This document shows, in pieces, positions 61,773-64,000 of a stretch of DNA of 64,000 nt (its first letter is position 1; every line of letters starts with the position of its first letter). The DNA lies in NCBI GenBank assembly GCA_964291285.2, contig OZ219785.1, forward strand, positions 736,001 to 800,000, written 5' to 3'. A model generated the notes under the pieces. It saw only the letters and a list, made by a program, of their open reading frames with translations. It did not search any database and had not been told where the DNA came from. The DNA is from Alphaproteobacteria bacterium. Its GTDB lineage: Bacteria; Pseudomonadota; Alphaproteobacteria; Bin95. The translations under genes and the position numbers were made by a program.

Positions 61773-63518
61773 CTACTCTGCCGGCGCTTGTATCCTCGTC
61801 GAGAATCCGCCGGTGGCGCTCCCGTCCACGAAGTGGGTGATGAAGGTGCCTATCATGCCGGCCGGGCGCCCCGGGCCGCCCTGGTGGAAGGCTCCAGCCT
61901 GCCAACTGCCGGGCTTGTCGAAGGCGGTGCCGCCGCTGGAACCCGTGGCCAGACCTTCGACATCGAAGTTGTTGTTCGCGCCCTCCGCGAGCTTGACGCT
62001 CCAGTTCTCGTTGACGGCATTCCCCTTGAAGTTGTCGATCTTGCCTCCCATTTTACGGGCGCCTTCCTTCCCGAACTTGGCGTTGAGCGTCACATCCGCC
62101 GTGAACCGTGCGGACTTCTGCCCCGTGTGCTCGCCGGCGGTGTAGAGCTTCAGCGCCGACAGGCCAAAGGCTTCGCCCTTGTAGGTGGCGGTGGCGGGCA
62201 GATCGGAGTTCACGCCTAACTCCCCGCGCTCGGGGGCAGGGCTGTCTGCGATGGCATGGACCTTGCTCCTTTCATCGCCATCTCCAGACAGCCAGTACCC
62301 GTAGCGGGCATATTCATTCCACTGCGTGTAGTGGGAGTTCCTCGGCGTTATCCAGTAGTAGCGATAGTGGCCCGCGTAGTTATCGTCGAATTCGTCGGCC
62401 GCCTTGAAGAACAGGTTGCCGGTCAGCTTGCCGCCAGGGGCAGAGCAGGTGCCCTGGCAATACAGCGTCCCCTTGACCCCCTTGTAATACTGGTCCCCGG
62501 AGATGTCGGAGGGATACGCCGTCAGGACCGTTCCATCCGAGCCGGTGAGTGAGGACAGGGGCATCCCGGCAAGGGGCAGGACATCGACATCCATGTTGTC
62601 GGTGCCGAAAGCCTTCTTCACGAGCATCCCATCCTTGGCGGCAATCTGCTCCCAGGTCATGACGCCGGCCGGAAGTTCGCCGTCGTCATACTTGTGATAG
62701 AACAGGGATCTCCGATCGGCGTTAGTCCCGGTGGCGATGACCTTCGTCGGCGGAGTACTGTTCCCACCGTCTTTGTAGAGATTTGACGGCCTGTGAAGCC
62801 ACATACTCGTGGATACGCCATCGTAACCGCCGGCGCGGGTGCCGGTACGAGCTGTTTCCGCAGGCGACAAGACAGCAAGCATCCGCCTCGCGGGCCTTGA
62901 CGAATTAAGGTTGTCGAAGCCAGCTGTAGCGAGGGTTTCGCCGGCGCGGTCCTTGATTTCCGCCTCGGTATCGACCCTCGAGAAATAGTCTCCGATCGTG
63001 CCGGCCCCGGTCAGGGTCTTCTCGATGGCCTTGATCTCCGCTTTCACTGTTTCGATCTGACCCGTGACCACCTTCTTCTGCGCCGCAAGGCCGGTCGTGC
63101 CGGCCGACAGGGCGTTCAGGTCCGTCTGCGCCTTCTCGGCCGCCTTCAGCGCCGCCTTGGCGTCCGCCAGCGCCTTGTCGGCCGCCGCCTTCGCGTCTTT
63201 CACGAGCGCGGCGTTGGTCCGGACCACCGAACTGTCGCCTCCGGTGATGTACATTTGCCGAGAGAATTGGGGCGGCTCGACCGCCTTCTTGACCGCGGCC
63301 AGCTGAGCTTCCGCTTCCTTCCTGGCCGCCATCGCCGCCGTCTCGGCTGCCGCGGCGGCGTCGTAGGCCGCCTGCGCCTTCTGGACGTCCGTCATCTCCA
63401 TCTGCTGGTCGCCGTCCATCGGCGCGGCCGCCTTCTTCCCGCCACCGCCTCCGCAGCCCGCGAGCGCCAGGCCCGCAGCGGCCATCGCCGCCAGAGCCAC
63501 ATGTCTCATGGTTCCCAT
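61773..63518 (-). CDS. Surface lipoprotein with TbpB-like C-terminal beta-barrel
   Basis: Lipobox LAGC+GGGG, Ala/Lys coiled coil, YGYWL, ATATYKG.A.G, FTADV.L.A.F, G.W...F...P..MIG.F...F..G...GGF. Confidence 0.75.
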   Translation of the reverse strand: MGTMRHVALAAMAAAGLALAGCGGGGGKKAAAPMDGDQQMEMTDVQKAQAAYDAAAAAETAAMAARKEAEAQLAAVKKAVEPPQFSRQMYITGGDSSVVRTNAALVKDAKAAADKALADAKAALKAAEKAQTDLNALSAGTTGLAAQKKVVTGQIETVKAEIKAIEKTLTGAGTIGDYFSRVDTEAEIKDRAGETLATAGFDNLNSSRPARRMLAVLSPAETARTGTRAGGYDGVSTSMWLHRPSNLYKDGGNSTPPTKVIATGTNADRRSLFYHKYDDGELPAGVMTWEQIAAKDGMLVKKAFGTDNMDVDVLPLAGMPLSSLTGSDGTVLTAYPSDISGDQYYKGVKGTLYCQGTCSAPGGKLTGNLFFKAADEFDDNYAGHYRYYWITPRNSHYTQWNEYARYGYWLSGDGDERSKVHAIADSPAPERGELGVNSDLPATATYKGEAFGLSALKLYTAGEHTGQKSARFTADVTLNAKFGKEGARKMGGKIDNFKGNAVNENWSVKLAEGANNNFDVEGLATGSSGGTAFDKPGSWQAGAFHQGGPGRPAGMIGTFITHFVDGSATGGFSTRIQAPAE

Positions 63519-63600
63519 CGAACCCTTCTCCTTCCTTCTCTCAAGCCCGGACAAACCGGGCAAACCGTTTGAACCGTTCCTTCGCCGCGCGAAACGCAGG

Positions 63601-64000
63601 TCAGAAGCTCAGCGTGATGCCGGTCACGAACCCGGCGCCCTCGACGTTGCTGCCGGCGGCATTTTTGCCGGTGCTGGGCGCAGGCTTGCCTCTTTCCGCC
63701 GCCGGCACGCCGAAATCGTGCTTGCCGGGCATCGTGCCGCGGTCCCTCTCGGCCATGAACAGCGAGCTTCTCCAGGCAATGCCCGGCGCCAGCATGTAGC
63801 TCGCCGAAAACAGGCCGCCCGACTGCTCCGTGCCGTCGTCGGCCTCGGTCATCGTGCCGCTCAGGCTCACCGCCAGCGCGCCCTCCGAATACATCACCCC
63901 GGCGGCCACGACCTCGACATCATCCGAGGAGTCCGTCTTCATCCCGTCGTCCGCCGTGGCATAGGCGACATCGAAGCTGAACGCCCCCATGCCCACCCGC
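63601..64000 (-). CDS. Gram-negative porin, C-terminal part (5' end outside the window)
   Basis: Amphipathic beta-strands, ASYMLAPGI, terminal GFVTGITLSF. Confidence 0.7.
   Translation of the reverse strand, partial: RVGMGAFSFDVAYATADDGMKTDSSDDVEVVAAGVMYSEGALAVSLSGTMTEADDGTEQSGGLFSASYMLAPGIAWRSSLFMAERDRGTMPGKHDFGVPAAERGKPAPSTGKNAAGSNVEGAGFVTGITLSF

Overview
High-GC alphaproteobacterial chromosome segment. All family names come from motif recognition by eye; no database searches were run. 1-4564: housekeeping/metabolic genes (MDR oxidoreductase, class II aldolase, MmgE/PrpD, M23 peptidase). 4600-10220: complete rrn operon (16S, tRNA-Ile, tRNA-Ala, 23S, 5S, tRNA-fMet); the 23S carries an ~145-nt intervening sequence at helix 45. 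From tRNA-fMet to ~60.3 kb lies an ~50-kb mobile island, probably an ICE. Its left part (10.3-23.6 kb) is a nested IS pile. An IS66 (10506-21138) has its tnpC split by two cargo-carrying elements with intact TSDs: a 4.0-kb IS21-family element with extra Zn-finger and Toprim/primase-like genes, and a 3.9-kb IS1595-family element carrying a translationally coupled type II restriction-modification pair plus a 50-aa terminal ORF. An IS256 remnant split by IS1182 follows. 23.8-47.5 kb is an apparently intact F-type conjugation operon (traALEKBVC, trbI, peptidase, traWU, trbC, traNFHG, traD, MOB_F traI) with inserted HD-like and SSB genes and several short in-frame palindromic insertions. 47.6-60.3 kb holds a truncated GIY-YIG gene, IS scars, three arm-type tyrosine integrases (two in tandem), a five-repeat Cys4 zinc-finger protein, SSB, a DUF2493/SLOG protein and a GCGAAGC mini-hairpin cluster. 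The right end encodes a Slam-like outer-membrane translocon, a TbpB-like lipoprotein and a partial porin. The most novel-looking items are the cargo-carrying IS1595 and IS21 elements, the in-frame palindrome family and the tandem integrase pair.
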